Shown: positions 29,450-38,788, counted from the stretch's first letter. The stretch: DNA of 54,085 nt from Candidatus Doudnabacteria bacterium (GCA_028286905.1 JAQBQP010000002.1:122971-177055); one strand, 5' to 3'. Translations and numbers: made by a program. Notes: generated by a model from the sequence alone, not told the origin.

Positions 29450-29950
29450 ATGCCAAGAAAAGCAAGAAAACTTAAACGTCCTGTAGTTGCGCCAGATCCA
29501 AAATTCGGCAATGCTAAGTACGGTAAATTTATAAACTACTTAATGCAACGTGGTAAGAAAACTGTTGCGCAAAAAATCTTCTACATGGCGCTTGAAGAAG
29601 TGGATAAGAAGATGAACACTGGCGAAAGCCCGTTAGAAGGCAAGCAGGTTTTTGAAATCGCTTTGAAAAATATCACCCCGTTAGTTGAAGTTAAAGGCCG
29701 CCGTATTGGTGGTGCTAACTATCAGGTTCCAACAGAAGTTGTTGAGCCTAGAAAAACAGCTTTGGGAATGAAATGGTTAATTGCTGCTGCACAGTCCCGC
29801 AAAGGCGTGCCTATGCATCAGAAATTAGCAGCTGAAATTATCGACGGCTACAACAAAATTGGCGCTGCGATGAAAAAGAGAGACGATACTCACAGAATGG
29901 CCGAAGCAAACAAGGCATTTGCACACTTTGCAAAATTTCAACGAAGATAA
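29450..29950 (+). CDS. rpsG: 30S ribosomal protein S7
   Basis: PDPKF, RRIGGANYQVP, HRMAEANKAFAH. Confidence 0.97.
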   Translation: MPRKARKLKRPVVAPDPKFGNAKYGKFINYLMQRGKKTVAQKIFYMALEEVDKKMNTGESPLEGKQVFEIALKNITPLVEVKGRRIGGANYQVPTEVVEPRKTALGMKWLIAAAQSRKGVPMHQKLAAEIIDGYNKIGAAMKKRDDTHRMAEANKAFAHFAKFQRR

Positions 29951-29962
29951 TCTAAAATAAAT

Positions 29963-32083
29963 ATGCCCCGACAACATTCAATAGAAACAGTTAGAAATAT
30001 TGGTATTATCGCGCACATTGATGCCGGTAAAACCACCATCACAGAAGGTATTCTGTATCAGACCGGTGTTACTCATAACATTGGTGCGGTGCACGAAGGC
30101 GAAACAGTTACCGACTGGATGGAGCAAGAACGCGAACGCGGTATTACAATTACAGCGGCTGCGGTAACTTGTTATTGGAAAGATCACAAGATTAACATTA
30201 TCGACACCCCGGGCCACGTTGACTTCACAGTAGAAGTAGAACGCTCTCTTCGTGTGCTTGATGGTGCTTGTGTTATTTTCGATGGAAAAATGGGCGTAGA
30301 GCCACAATCTGAAACAGTATGGAGACAAGCTGATAAATACGGCGTGCCTCGTATCTGCTTTATTAACAAAATCAACCAAACCGGTGGTGACTTCTATAAA
30401 TCTTTGGACTCAATCCACAAAAGACTTTCACCAAACGCATATCCAGTTATGTTGCCAATAGGTTTTGAAAAAGAAATCAACGGGGTTGTCGACTTAATTA
30501 AAATGAAGTCTTACACTTACGGTGATTTTCATGACAAAGCTCTTACAGAAGGTGAAATCCCAGCGGACATGATGGATAAAGTTAAACAGTATCGTCATCA
30601 GTTAATAGAAAAGATTGTTGAATCTGACGATCAGCTAATGGAAAAATATCTTGCAGGCGAAGAATTATCTGCAGATCAAATCCAAGCTGGTTTACGCAAA
30701 GCAATTCTTGCCGGAAATATGTACGCTGTATTAGGCGGCGACGGCAGAGGCGTTATCGTACACACATTGTTGGACGCGGTTATTAACTTATTGCCATCTC
30801 CTTTGGACAAGAAACATGTCGTTGGTGTTAATCCAAAAGTTAAAGAAGCTGATGTTGAAGCTGCAGAAAAAATTGTTAGAAAGCCAGATGACAGCGAACC
30901 TTTTTCCGCTCTTGCTTTCAAAATCGCAACTGATCCTTTTGTGGGTAAGTTGGCATTCTTCCGTGTTTACTCCGGTAAATTGGAAGCTGGTTCATACGTT
31001 TTAAACACTCGCTCTGGAAACAAAGAACGTGTTGGACGTATCGTATTGATGAAAGCAAATGACCGTGAAGATGTTAAAGAAGTTTATGCAGGAGATATCG
31101 CAGCATTGGTAGGTCCTAAAGATACTTTTACTGGAGATACTCTTTGCGACGTTGATCATCCAATTAGATTAGAATCAATTAAATTTGCTGAGCCTGTTAT
31201 TTCAATGGCTATCGAGCCAAAGACCAAAGCTGACCAAGAAAAAATGGGTATTGCTTTGAACAAGCTTGGCGAAGAAGATCCAACTTTCCACATTAAAGGC
31301 GATGAAGAAACTGGCCAGACAATTATTTCTGGTATGGGTGAGTTGCACTTGGAAATCATTGTGGATCGCATGAAGCGTGAATTTAAAGTCGAAGCAAACG
31401 TTGGAAAGCCTCAAGTTGCTTACAAAGAAAAATTCAAAACTATTGTTGAATCTGAAGGTAAATTTATTAAACAGTCTGGTGGTAAGGGTCAATACGGTCA
31501 TTGCTGGATTAGACTTGAGCCTAAAGATCCGGGACATGGCTTTACATTCGAATCTGAAGTTGTTGGTGGTACTATTCCTAGGGAATTTATCGCGCCAATT
31601 GAAAAAGGTGTTAAAGAAGCTGCAGAAAACGGAGTTATTGCCGGTTACCCTGTAATCGACTTCCATTGTGCAGTGTTCGATGGTTCATACCACGATGTCG
31701 ACTCCTCTGAAGTAGCTTTCAAAATCGCTGCTTCAAAAGCGTTCCAAGACGGCGTGCAAAAAGCTACACCAATTCTTTTGGAACCAATCATGAAAGTAGA
31801 AGTTACAGTTCCGGATACATTCATGGGAGATGTTATCGGAGATATCAATGCCAAGCGCGGTCAGGTTAAAGAAATGAATGACCGCGGCAATTTGAAGATT
31901 ATTGATTCTTTTGTACCGCTTTCTGAAATGTTTGGTTATGCAACAGCGTTGCGTTCGATGACCCAAGGTCAAGGAAACTACGCGATGGAATTCGATCACT
32001 ATGACGAAGTTCCAAGAAACGTTGCCGCTGGTATTATCGAGGCTCGTGCATCGATTAATGCTCGTAAAGGCTTCGCTGGCTAA
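29963..32083 (+). CDS. fusA: Elongation factor G (non-canonical G4/G5 motifs)
   Basis: [36 protein letters not shown]; position in str operon. Confidence 0.96.
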   Translation: MPRQHSIETVRNIGIIAHIDAGKTTITEGILYQTGVTHNIGAVHEGETVTDWMEQERERGITITAAAVTCYWKDHKINIIDTPGHVDFTVEVERSLRVLDGACVIFDGKMGVEPQSETVWRQADKYGVPRICFINKINQTGGDFYKSLDSIHKRLSPNAYPVMLPIGFEKEINGVVDLIKMKSYTYGDFHDKALTEGEIPADMMDKVKQYRHQLIEKIVESDDQLMEKYLAGEELSADQIQAGLRKAILAGNMYAVLGGDGRGVIVHTLLDAVINLLPSPLDKKHVVGVNPKVKEADVEAAEKIVRKPDDSEPFSALAFKIATDPFVGKLAFFRVYSGKLEAGSYVLNTRSGNKERVGRIVLMKANDREDVKEVYAGDIAALVGPKDTFTGDTLCDVDHPIRLESIKFAEPVISMAIEPKTKADQEKMGIALNKLGEEDPTFHIKGDEETGQTIISGMGELHLEIIVDRMKREFKVEANVGKPQVAYKEKFKTIVESEGKFIKQSGGKGQYGHCWIRLEPKDPGHGFTFESEVVGGTIPREFIAPIEKGVKEAAENGVIAGYPVIDFHCAVFDGSYHDVDSSEVAFKIAASKAFQDGVQKATPILLEPIMKVEVTVPDTFMGDVIGDINAKRGQVKEMNDRGNLKIIDSFVPLSEMFGYATALRSMTQGQGNYAMEFDHYDEVPRNVAAGIIEARASINARKGFAG

Positions 32084-32100
32084 TTGTGCATATGTGAACC

Positions 32101-32135
32101 ACTGCCCCGATTGTAAAATCGGGGCAGTTTTGTTT
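32101..32135 (+). terminator. Intrinsic terminator after fusA
   Basis: ACTGCCCCGATT-GTAA-AATCGGGGCAGT then TTTGTTT. Confidence 0.85.
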
Positions 32136-32194
32136 ATCCAATGAATTTGTTAGAATATAGGCATAATCAACATTCTGTTAAAACAAAGAAATTT

Positions 32195-33703
32195 ATGTCC
32201 CCAAGACCAAGTGACTATGAGTTCATGTCTCCTGAGATGAAAGCGCAGATCGATGCTAATAACGCCCCGGAGAATACTGCCAACACGACACCCGATTCAG
32301 GTGCTTCAACACCAGAAACTCCAACGGTTAACTCTGTAGATCAGCAACCACAGCCGAGCAATCAAGAATCACGCCTTGATCATAAAAAAGCAGTCGAAAG
32401 AATGTTCAAGTTTGTTGTGCCAGAAACCGAAAGTAAATTTGAAAAACTTGCAGGAGCTTCAAAAGAATTGGCAATCGAACTGTTTGAAAAAATAAGATCG
32501 AAAATTTCTATTCCTGATCGTGCAAAAATTTGGTATAGTTCGAAATTGGCAGAGTACCAAAACTCTCGTTTAGAAAGAGTCCTTTCTAAAAAGAATGAAC
32601 TGGATGATCAGTCCACAACAATAAAGAATGATTCTCAACGTTTCGCAGAAAAGATGCAAAACGCTCGCGAACTACTAGGCAATCTTTCCTCTTCTGCAAT
32701 GGAAGCAGAAAAAAAAGAACAAACTATTTTTGATAAAGATTTAGCAAGTTTGGCCGCAGAAGCCGCAAAGGTAGAAAGAAACGCCGATGCAATTAGAAGG
32801 AAAAAAGAAGTTTATGAAAATAGCAGAGACGCTTTAGTTCAGAAAGGGGTGGACCGAATTGCTGAACAAATTCGACCAATTGAAAGTAGAGTACAAAGCT
32901 TTGAAAGTAAGATAGAGCTTGTAGATGCTAAGCTAGAACAATTTCGAACAGGATTGGAAGCTACTAAGGCTAAACTGGATTTGGCCGAAAGTTCTTTAGA
33001 TAACGCCGAATTTAAAGCGGAAAGAATAGCTTTTAAAGAGGCGCTTAAAAAATATAAAGCAGAAATAAAAAAAGATGAAAAAGAATTAAATCGATTAGAA
33101 GATCAACGGAACTTATTAATGGATAAGCTTCGGGTAGAAACTGCTAAGCGAGATAAGATGCAAGCTAAAAGCGACCGACTTGCTGAGCTAGGTAAGCTAA
33201 AAACAGAACCAATTACCACGGAAACAGCACAAGTAACAGTGTCTGAACAACAAGCAGCATCAGAACCAGTTGTTGATGAAATTAGTGAGCCAAAACGACT
33301 TATCACAAAATCTGATCGAGGAATGCTTGATGAACCAATAAGGCTTTGGCATAGCGGTGTCAAAGTACCTGAAAGCAAAGCATCAAAACAAAGCGAAACT
33401 CCAGAAAAACAAGAAAAAGTAGAAGCTCAAGTTTATTCTATTGATATGCTTGTTGATCATTGGAATAAGTCCAAAGATTTGGGTTTACGATTAGACCTCA
33501 AGCAATTACATAAAATTGGTAAAGAAAAATTCCCCTTTGTTGATTTATCGGATCCAGCGGAAGGGGAGTTTGAGAATATTGTTGTAGAATATTGGAGAAG
33601 TATCGTCACAAGGAAGTTTAAGTATAAAGATGTTAGAACATACGCAAACGAAAAACAGCTTGTGAACGGTGTTCGAAACTTTTTTAAAGAAATTAATGAA
33701 TAA
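32195..33703 (+). CDS. Charged coiled-coil hypothetical protein
   Basis: Long E/K/A/L heptad-rich core; start 32195 (MSPRP) preferred, 32141 possible. Confidence 0.75.
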   Translation: MSPRPSDYEFMSPEMKAQIDANNAPENTANTTPDSGASTPETPTVNSVDQQPQPSNQESRLDHKKAVERMFKFVVPETESKFEKLAGASKELAIELFEKIRSKISIPDRAKIWYSSKLAEYQNSRLERVLSKKNELDDQSTTIKNDSQRFAEKMQNARELLGNLSSSAMEAEKKEQTIFDKDLASLAAEAAKVERNADAIRRKKEVYENSRDALVQKGVDRIAEQIRPIESRVQSFESKIELVDAKLEQFRTGLEATKAKLDLAESSLDNAEFKAERIAFKEALKKYKAEIKKDEKELNRLEDQRNLLMDKLRVETAKRDKMQAKSDRLAELGKLKTEPITTETAQVTVSEQQAASEPVVDEISEPKRLITKSDRGMLDEPIRLWHSGVKVPESKASKQSETPEKQEKVEAQVYSIDMLVDHWNKSKDLGLRLDLKQLHKIGKEKFPFVDLSDPAEGEFENIVVEYWRSIVTRKFKYKDVRTYANEKQLVNGVRNFFKEINE

Positions 33704-33706
33704 GAT

Positions 33707-33955
33707 ATGAAAAATCAAAGCTCAGAAATAACAGAAAGCGGGCTAGCGCTATTGGCAGCAGAAGCGGCGGCTGCCAATAAAACGCATGTCGAAGCAATTG
33801 GTCAGATTCTCCAAGAAGCTTCGGACGAACTAGATTTATTGTCTGCTGAGGTTCGTGCTGCCGAAGAGAACGTTGAAAAAATCGAAAAAGAAACGATTAA
33901 TCAAATTGATAGCGCATTATTAGACTTTATTAGTGATTCAGACTTAGAAATTTAA
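33707..33955 (+). CDS. Small acidic helical hypothetical protein
   Basis: 82 aa, 3 nt after the upstream stop. Confidence 0.65.
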   Translation: MKNQSSEITESGLALLAAEAAAANKTHVEAIGQILQEASDELDLLSAEVRAAEENVEKIEKETINQIDSALLDFISDSDLEI

Positions 33956-33965
33956 TAGAAAAAGT

Positions 33966-34310
33966 ATGGCAGATAACTTGCAAAAATTGATAAAACTAGC
34001 CAAAGCCGATAACGGAAAGTTTTTTGTTATTGATGAGCAAGGCAATCCCGTTTTGGTTATTATGGGTATAGAAGAATATGAAGCCGTCCTTCTTAAAAAA
34101 GTAGCGAATCAATTAGAAGATATCGAAGATATAAATAGAAAAATTATTGAAGCGCAGAAAGAAGAAGATAAAGTTCAAAAAAAGCAAGCGTTACAAGAAG
34201 AGTTAGTTAGTGAGGTGATCGATTCAACTTTTTCTTTTGAGCCAGATCAAGTGATTGTTAATGATGCCACAAACTTTGGAGCATATAAAGCTGAGCTAGA
34301 AGATATCTAA
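33966..34310 (+). CDS. Phd/YefM-like N-terminal domain protein with acidic tail
   Basis: NLQKLIKLA..KFFVIDEQGNPVLVIMGIEEYE resembles the Phd/YefM DNA-binding fold. Confidence 0.55.
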   Translation: MADNLQKLIKLAKADNGKFFVIDEQGNPVLVIMGIEEYEAVLLKKVANQLEDIEDINRKIIEAQKEEDKVQKKQALQEELVSEVIDSTFSFEPDQVIVNDATNFGAYKAELEDI

Positions 34311-34323
34311 TATAGAAAAGATG

Positions 34324-34360
34324 AAAAAAAGGCGCACTTTTGGGTGCGCCTTTTTGTTTT
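34324..34360. terminator. Bidirectional terminator
   Basis: AAAAAAAGGCGCACTT-TT-GGGTGCGCCTTTTT between convergent genes. Confidence 0.85.
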
Positions 34361-34402
34361 CGCTCGGTTGCCGAGCGTAGTGAGTCGTACCTCCTTAGGT
34401 AC

Positions 34403-36031
34403 TTACCGATGTATCTCTACATCAGTAAACGTTGTGTTGACTGGGTTGGAGGTCCAGAAATTCGGACCAATCCATTCCTTATGCCGCGCTGCGATTTGCA
34501 AGACGCGGAAGCGATTTGCGGAAGCAGGTACCGCGGGGAAGTCGATCTCGATCTCCGCACGTTCTTGTTGGCGAATTTCGTAAGTCGACAAGTCCGTTGT
34601 CGCAAGCTTCTCTCCCTGCATCGTTACAGCCACGGTCTGAGTAGCGGTGGCTGATTCCGAACTTTCGATTTGCAACTGAGTGCTATTGCCCGAGTTCGTC
34701 ACATAGATCTTACAAACTGTGGCGACCAACTGGGCAGTGCATCCCCGCAGCTCAAACAGGAAGTTGCCTTCCTGATAGCGCTGCTCGATCTGCGGCTCGG
34801 GTGCCGTTGCCACCAAAACGTTCGCGACCGGCGTCGGCACATAAACGATCTTGGTGATCGTCGACGATGTCGTCGTCTGGGGCGAACGGCTCGGCGCAAC
34901 CGGGGTTGTGGTTGGAACGATCACCGAATTCGAAGCATATGATTGCTTCAAGTGGAGATCTTCTTCAACCATACCTGCCGGTAGGCGATCCGTCTCGACC
35001 AGGTAGACTTTGCTGACATCGTAACCGATGCCGTCTTTCGGATCGAACTTCGGATGGACCCCGATGAACATCTTTTCGTTGATCATCACCGGTCTCCAAG
35101 CATAGGAGACCAAGCGCTGACCGGCGCTAAGCTTTTCCATAGTGGTCTTCTCGACGACCAAGCTGTCCTTGAGATCCTTCTTCGTCGAGTCGCCGGCAAT
35201 CAGCTTGCAGCTGACGCAGCGGTAAACAATCGTGGTCTCCGGCAGAACATAGTAGTTCTTACCGGTCGCTGCGATTTCCTTGACCCGTGCGGTTGAGTAT
35301 GCATGTTCGCGAAGCATCGCATAGTGCGCCACACTCTGCCACGGGCCCGGAACATACTGTAGGACCGGCAAAGTTAACAGCAGCAGGGCTGCAATCTGCC
35401 CAACTGTGATCACCGCGCGGAATTTCCCTAAGAATGGTTTGACCATCCCGAGAATTCCGGTTAGCAAGAGCACAGCTACCAGCAACACCGGCGTGGTATA
35501 GATGTCCGCCGTGTGATGCAGTTGATATAGCATCACCACCGTGATCAGCGCTACTGCCCACAGTCCGAGGAACGAGGTAATTGCCGTTCCGATGAAACGC
35601 TCTATCTGCGAAGCCAGAACGATCAAGAACAGCAACGCTAGTACTGCAACGATCGCCAGGATCATCGCCAGTTCTGGGTTTCCCCAGCGGGCGAAAAGTA
35701 GCGACGTTCCCCAGGTTCCAGCTGCAACGAGCAGTAGCGTTCTTGCGCGTTCCAGCGAAGTCCTTCCGGAGATGTAGAACAGAATGGCGAAGATCACGAG
35801 GATCAACATCAGACTGGTCCATATCCCGAATGGATACATCACGTCGATTGCCAAGAAGGTTGCAACTAGTGCGACCACGGCCACTCGACGGATCATGTCG
35901 GCAACGTACATTACGTTGTCGAAGATACCCGCTGCAATCGCAGCGACCGTTGCGCGGAAGTTGGCGGAAAAAATCATTCCACCAGTACCGAGCAGCGATG
36001 CGAGCATTGCGACGATCTCTAGAAGTAGCAT
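34403..36031 (-). CDS. GC-rich polytopic membrane protein with extramembrane domains and Thr/Pro linker
   Basis: About 7-8 hydrophobic helices in the first ~230 aa, soluble domain, PTTTP..TTTSST linker, C-terminal beta-rich domain with a Cys pair; ATG directly after upstream TAG with GGAG. Confidence 0.8.
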   Translation of the reverse strand: MLLLEIVAMLASLLGTGGMIFSANFRATVAAIAAGIFDNVMYVADMIRRVAVVALVATFLAIDVMYPFGIWTSLMLILVIFAILFYISGRTSLERARTLLLVAAGTWGTSLLFARWGNPELAMILAIVAVLALLFLIVLASQIERFIGTAITSFLGLWAVALITVVMLYQLHHTADIYTTPVLLVAVLLLTGILGMVKPFLGKFRAVITVGQIAALLLLTLPVLQYVPGPWQSVAHYAMLREHAYSTARVKEIAATGKNYYVLPETTIVYRCVSCKLIAGDSTKKDLKDSLVVEKTTMEKLSAGQRLVSYAWRPVMINEKMFIGVHPKFDPKDGIGYDVSKVYLVETDRLPAGMVEEDLHLKQSYASNSVIVPTTTPVAPSRSPQTTTSSTITKIVYVPTPVANVLVATAPEPQIEQRYQEGNFLFELRGCTAQLVATVCKIYVTNSGNSTQLQIESSESATATQTVAVTMQGEKLATTDLSTYEIRQQERAEIEIDFPAVPASANRFRVLQIAARHKEWIGPNFWTSNPVNTTFTDVEIHR

Positions 36032-36781
36032 CTATCTCCGTCTCCGGTTTCGGGCATTAGCGCGAAAGCGCTCAGCCGCTGTTTGAATGCCTGACGTCGC
36101 AAGTGCGGCGTCAACTTTCTCGCCGACTTCGCTTAGGTCTCGCACTAGCTCAACGATTTTCCCAGAAGGGAGATCGTCCTTGCTAGTGTACAAAGATCCC
36201 AGCAATTTCACTTGCGCTTCGGGAGTGGGCCGTACCAGCGCAGCCTTGATGATATCCTGCGCTGCTGTGATGCCGTCTGGATTTGTGATCTTCTTGTCTG
36301 AATCTTTCGGATCGGTCTTGCAAAACATGTCCACCACCGTCTCGTAAAAAGCTTTCTTACGAGCAGTGCCGAAGAACTCATGGTTGTTCAACAGCTCTGA
36401 CAGTCGCGTCCGTTCACCGATCGTCAACTTCGCCTCGATGTGAATGGCGAATTCGTCGCGGGGGCTGCTGCCAAAGAAATGCTCTTGAGCTGCCTTGCCG
36501 ACATGTTCACCGGCTTTTTTCGCCAGGAACTTCGCAGCGGTGATGACTGCTTTCTTAGTCATCTCTCCAAAAGCGTAGCCAGCGAGCAACTCTTCCCCTT
36601 CATGAAGGAGGTGCTTAACTCTGGCGCCCTTGTCCGCACTTTTCGGCTCTACTGGCTTAGTCACTTCGACTTTGACAGTAGGTTCGACCTTCGAATCCGC
36701 CTTCTTTTTTCTGCGAGGCGTGTTCGATGGTGTCGCGGGTGTCGCTGTTGGAGCGTGGTCTGCTCCGTGGTTATCGGACAT
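36032..36781 (-). CDS. GC-rich hypothetical protein (249 aa)
   Basis: GGAG SD, own promoter, coupled to the downstream membrane protein. Confidence 0.75.
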   Translation of the reverse strand: MSDNHGADHAPTATPATPSNTPRRKKKADSKVEPTVKVEVTKPVEPKSADKGARVKHLLHEGEELLAGYAFGEMTKKAVITAAKFLAKKAGEHVGKAAQEHFFGSSPRDEFAIHIEAKLTIGERTRLSELLNNHEFFGTARKKAFYETVVDMFCKTDPKDSDKKITNPDGITAAQDIIKAALVRPTPEAQVKLLGSLYTSKDDLPSGKIVELVRDLSEVGEKVDAALATSGIQTAAERFRANARNRRRR

Positions 36782-36922
36782 ATAAACTCCGGTGTTGGCT
36801 GCTTTCGCAGCGTGGGTACTCTATCAAATGATATCCATTACGATATTACTTCAGTATTTACACAATTTAGTTGTAAATGTGCCCAGATCGGCTCTCTTTC
36901 GAGTAGGCCAACCTGATTTACT

Positions 36923-36951
36923 ACTATACTATATTTTCTCTATTATGTCAA
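36923..36951 (-). promoter_or_regulatory. Sigma70-type promoter of GC-rich cassette 2
   Basis: Minus strand TTGACA-17 nt-TATAGT. Confidence 0.75.
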
Positions 36952-36988
36952 ATAGGGGTTTGTCGGCTGGAAGACCCTTCTCCCCACC

Positions 36989-36997
36989 TGTGGATAA
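36989..36997 (-). promoter_or_regulatory. Single consensus DnaA box between divergent promoters
   Basis: TGTGGATAA is the reverse complement of TTATCCACA. Confidence 0.4.
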
Positions 36998-37008
36998 CTG
37001 TACAAGCT

Positions 37009-37037
37009 TTGACATTTATGCCCAAGTTTGTTAACAT
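37009..37037 (+). promoter_or_regulatory. Sigma70-type promoter of tuf
   Basis: TTGACA-17 nt-TAACAT with extended TG. Confidence 0.7.
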
Positions 37038-37161
37038 TGCTAGGCGTTCACAAGACGCCTAATTTTGTTTAATAAAGTAATTAATTTGTGCCCTGGATCC
37101 GCAAGGAAAAAAGAGCAATGCTCGGGCCGAGTTCTCGCAAGAGGACAAGAAGGAAACTCAA

Positions 37162-38349
37162 ATGGCAGAAAAGTTTTCACGTGATAAAGTGCACGTAAAC
37201 GTTGGTACCATTGGTCACGTTGACCACGGTAAAACAACATTGACTGCAGCTATCACCACAGTTCTTGCTAAAAGCGGCAACGCTAAAGCTCGTGCGTACG
37301 ATTCTATCGACAACGCTCCAGAAGAAAAAGCTAGAGGTATCACAATTAACACTTCTCACGCTGAATACGAAACAGCTAAGAGACATTACGCTCACGTTGA
37401 CTGTCCAGGACACGCCGACTACGTAAAGAACATGATCACCGGTGCTGCCCAGATGGACGGCGCGATCTTGGTTGTGTCTGCTACTGACGGTCCAATGCCT
37501 CAAACAAGAGAACATATCTTGCTTGCTAAGCAGGTAGGTGTACCATACATCGTTGTTTACATGAACAAGTGTGATATGGTTCAAGATGCTGAATTGTTAG
37601 ACTTGGTTGAAGAAGAAATTCGTGATTTGTTAACAAAGTACGACTTCCCAGGCAAAGACACTCCAGTTATCCGTGGTTCAGCTTTGAAAGCTTTGGAAGG
37701 TGACACATCCGACATGGGTGAGCCATCTATCGCTAAGTTGATGGAAGCTTTGGATACATATATTCCTGATCCAGTTCGCGAAACAGCTAAACCTTTCTTG
37801 ATGCCAATCGAAGATATCTTCTCAATCGAAGGCCGTGGTACAGTAGTTACCGGCAGAATTGAAAGAGGAGAATTGAATGTTGGTGACGAAATCGAAATTA
37901 TTGGTATTCGTCCAACAACAAAAACCACAGTTACCGGTATCGAAATGTTCAACAAACAGTTGGACAAGGGTATGGCTGGCGACAACGCTGGTATTTTGTT
38001 GAGAGGTACTAAGAAAGATGAAGTAGAACGAGGTCAAGTTTTGTCTAAACCAGGCACAGTAACTCCACATACAGAGTACGAAGCCGAAGTATACATTTTG
38101 ACTAAAGATGAAGGCGGTCGTCATACACCATTCTTCAAAGGCTACAAGCCACAGTTCTACATCAGAACAACTGACGTTACAGGTGAAGTTATCTTGCCAG
38201 AAGGCCAAGAAATGGTTATGCCTGGAGACACAGTTAAGATCAATGTTAGATTAATCAACCCAGTTGCTTTGGAAGAAAAGCAGCGCTTCGCTATTCGTGA
38301 AGGCGGCCACACTGTTGGTGCTGGTGTTGTAACAAAGATCGTTAAGTAA
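37162..38349 (+). CDS. tuf: Elongation factor Tu
   Basis: [28 protein letters not shown]. Confidence 0.98.
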   Translation: MAEKFSRDKVHVNVGTIGHVDHGKTTLTAAITTVLAKSGNAKARAYDSIDNAPEEKARGITINTSHAEYETAKRHYAHVDCPGHADYVKNMITGAAQMDGAILVVSATDGPMPQTREHILLAKQVGVPYIVVYMNKCDMVQDAELLDLVEEEIRDLLTKYDFPGKDTPVIRGSALKALEGDTSDMGEPSIAKLMEALDTYIPDPVRETAKPFLMPIEDIFSIEGRGTVVTGRIERGELNVGDEIEIIGIRPTTKTTVTGIEMFNKQLDKGMAGDNAGILLRGTKKDEVERGQVLSKPGTVTPHTEYEAEVYILTKDEGGRHTPFFKGYKPQFYIRTTDVTGEVILPEGQEMVMPGDTVKINVRLINPVALEEKQRFAIREGGHTVGAGVVTKIVK

Positions 38350-38355
38350 TATTTT

Positions 38356-38390
38356 AAAAAGGTCATCCCGAGCAATCGGGGTGACCTTTT
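38356..38390 (+). terminator. Intrinsic terminator after tuf
   Basis: AAAAGGTCATCCCGA-GCAA-TCGGGGTGACCTTTT. Confidence 0.85.
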
Positions 38391-38405
38391 GTTAAAAACA
38401 TATTC

Positions 38406-38714
38406 ATGGGCGAATTTACAAAAGAATATCCAATAATGAAGAGTGAAACGGACCACGAAAAAGAACTGGCTGAAATTCAAACAGCCGCTGATTTAGCAGG
38501 TGGGGTAACTCCTCAAATTCTTGAGAAAATTATCGTGTATATGCGTTCCAGATTAGACGGGGATATTTTTCCTTTAGGCAGTTTAGAAAAAGGTTTAGTT
38601 ACCTTAGAAGACTGTAAAAAAGCCCCTTTACCTGGGTATCCTGGCATGTTTCTCTATACATATGGCAATGAAGTGGTTGGAGTTTACATGGAAGATCCAA
38701 AGATCGCCCAGTAA
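38406..38714 (+). CDS. Hypothetical protein (102 aa) between tuf and rpsJ
   Basis: ORF fills the space between the tuf terminator and the rpsJ promoter. Confidence 0.6.
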   Translation: MGEFTKEYPIMKSETDHEKELAEIQTAADLAGGVTPQILEKIIVYMRSRLDGDIFPLGSLEKGLVTLEDCKKAPLPGYPGMFLYTYGNEVVGVYMEDPKIAQ

Positions 38715-38717
38715 CTT

Positions 38718-38746
38718 TTGACAAAATCCTCAAATTCATATAAAAT
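38718..38746 (+). promoter_or_regulatory. Sigma70-type promoter of the S10 operon
   Basis: TTGACA-17 nt-TAAAAT. Confidence 0.8.
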
Positions 38747-38788
38747 ATCGAAGTATTTAATAAGTAGTAATAAATAGTAATTTCACAA

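Noticed and set aside
34387-34402. Perfect SD (TAAGGAGGT, minus strand) just after the 542-aa gene stop
   Set aside because: No start codon at suitable spacing; it lies in a GTACCT/AGGTAC hairpin, so no third gene was called.
34340-36916. Many overlapping + strand and alternate-frame ORFs in the GC-rich island
   Set aside because: Shadows of the two coupled minus-strand genes; high GC lowers stop-codon frequency, and they lack start signals.
36952-37010. Replication origin at the DnaA box
   Set aside because: Only one consensus box, no box cluster, and no dnaA or dnaN nearby.
37173-37188. parS-like GTTTTCACGTGATAAA at the start of tuf
   Set aside because: Only 12/16 match to TGTTTCACGTGAAACA, an imperfect palindrome, and explained by the codons for KFSRDK.
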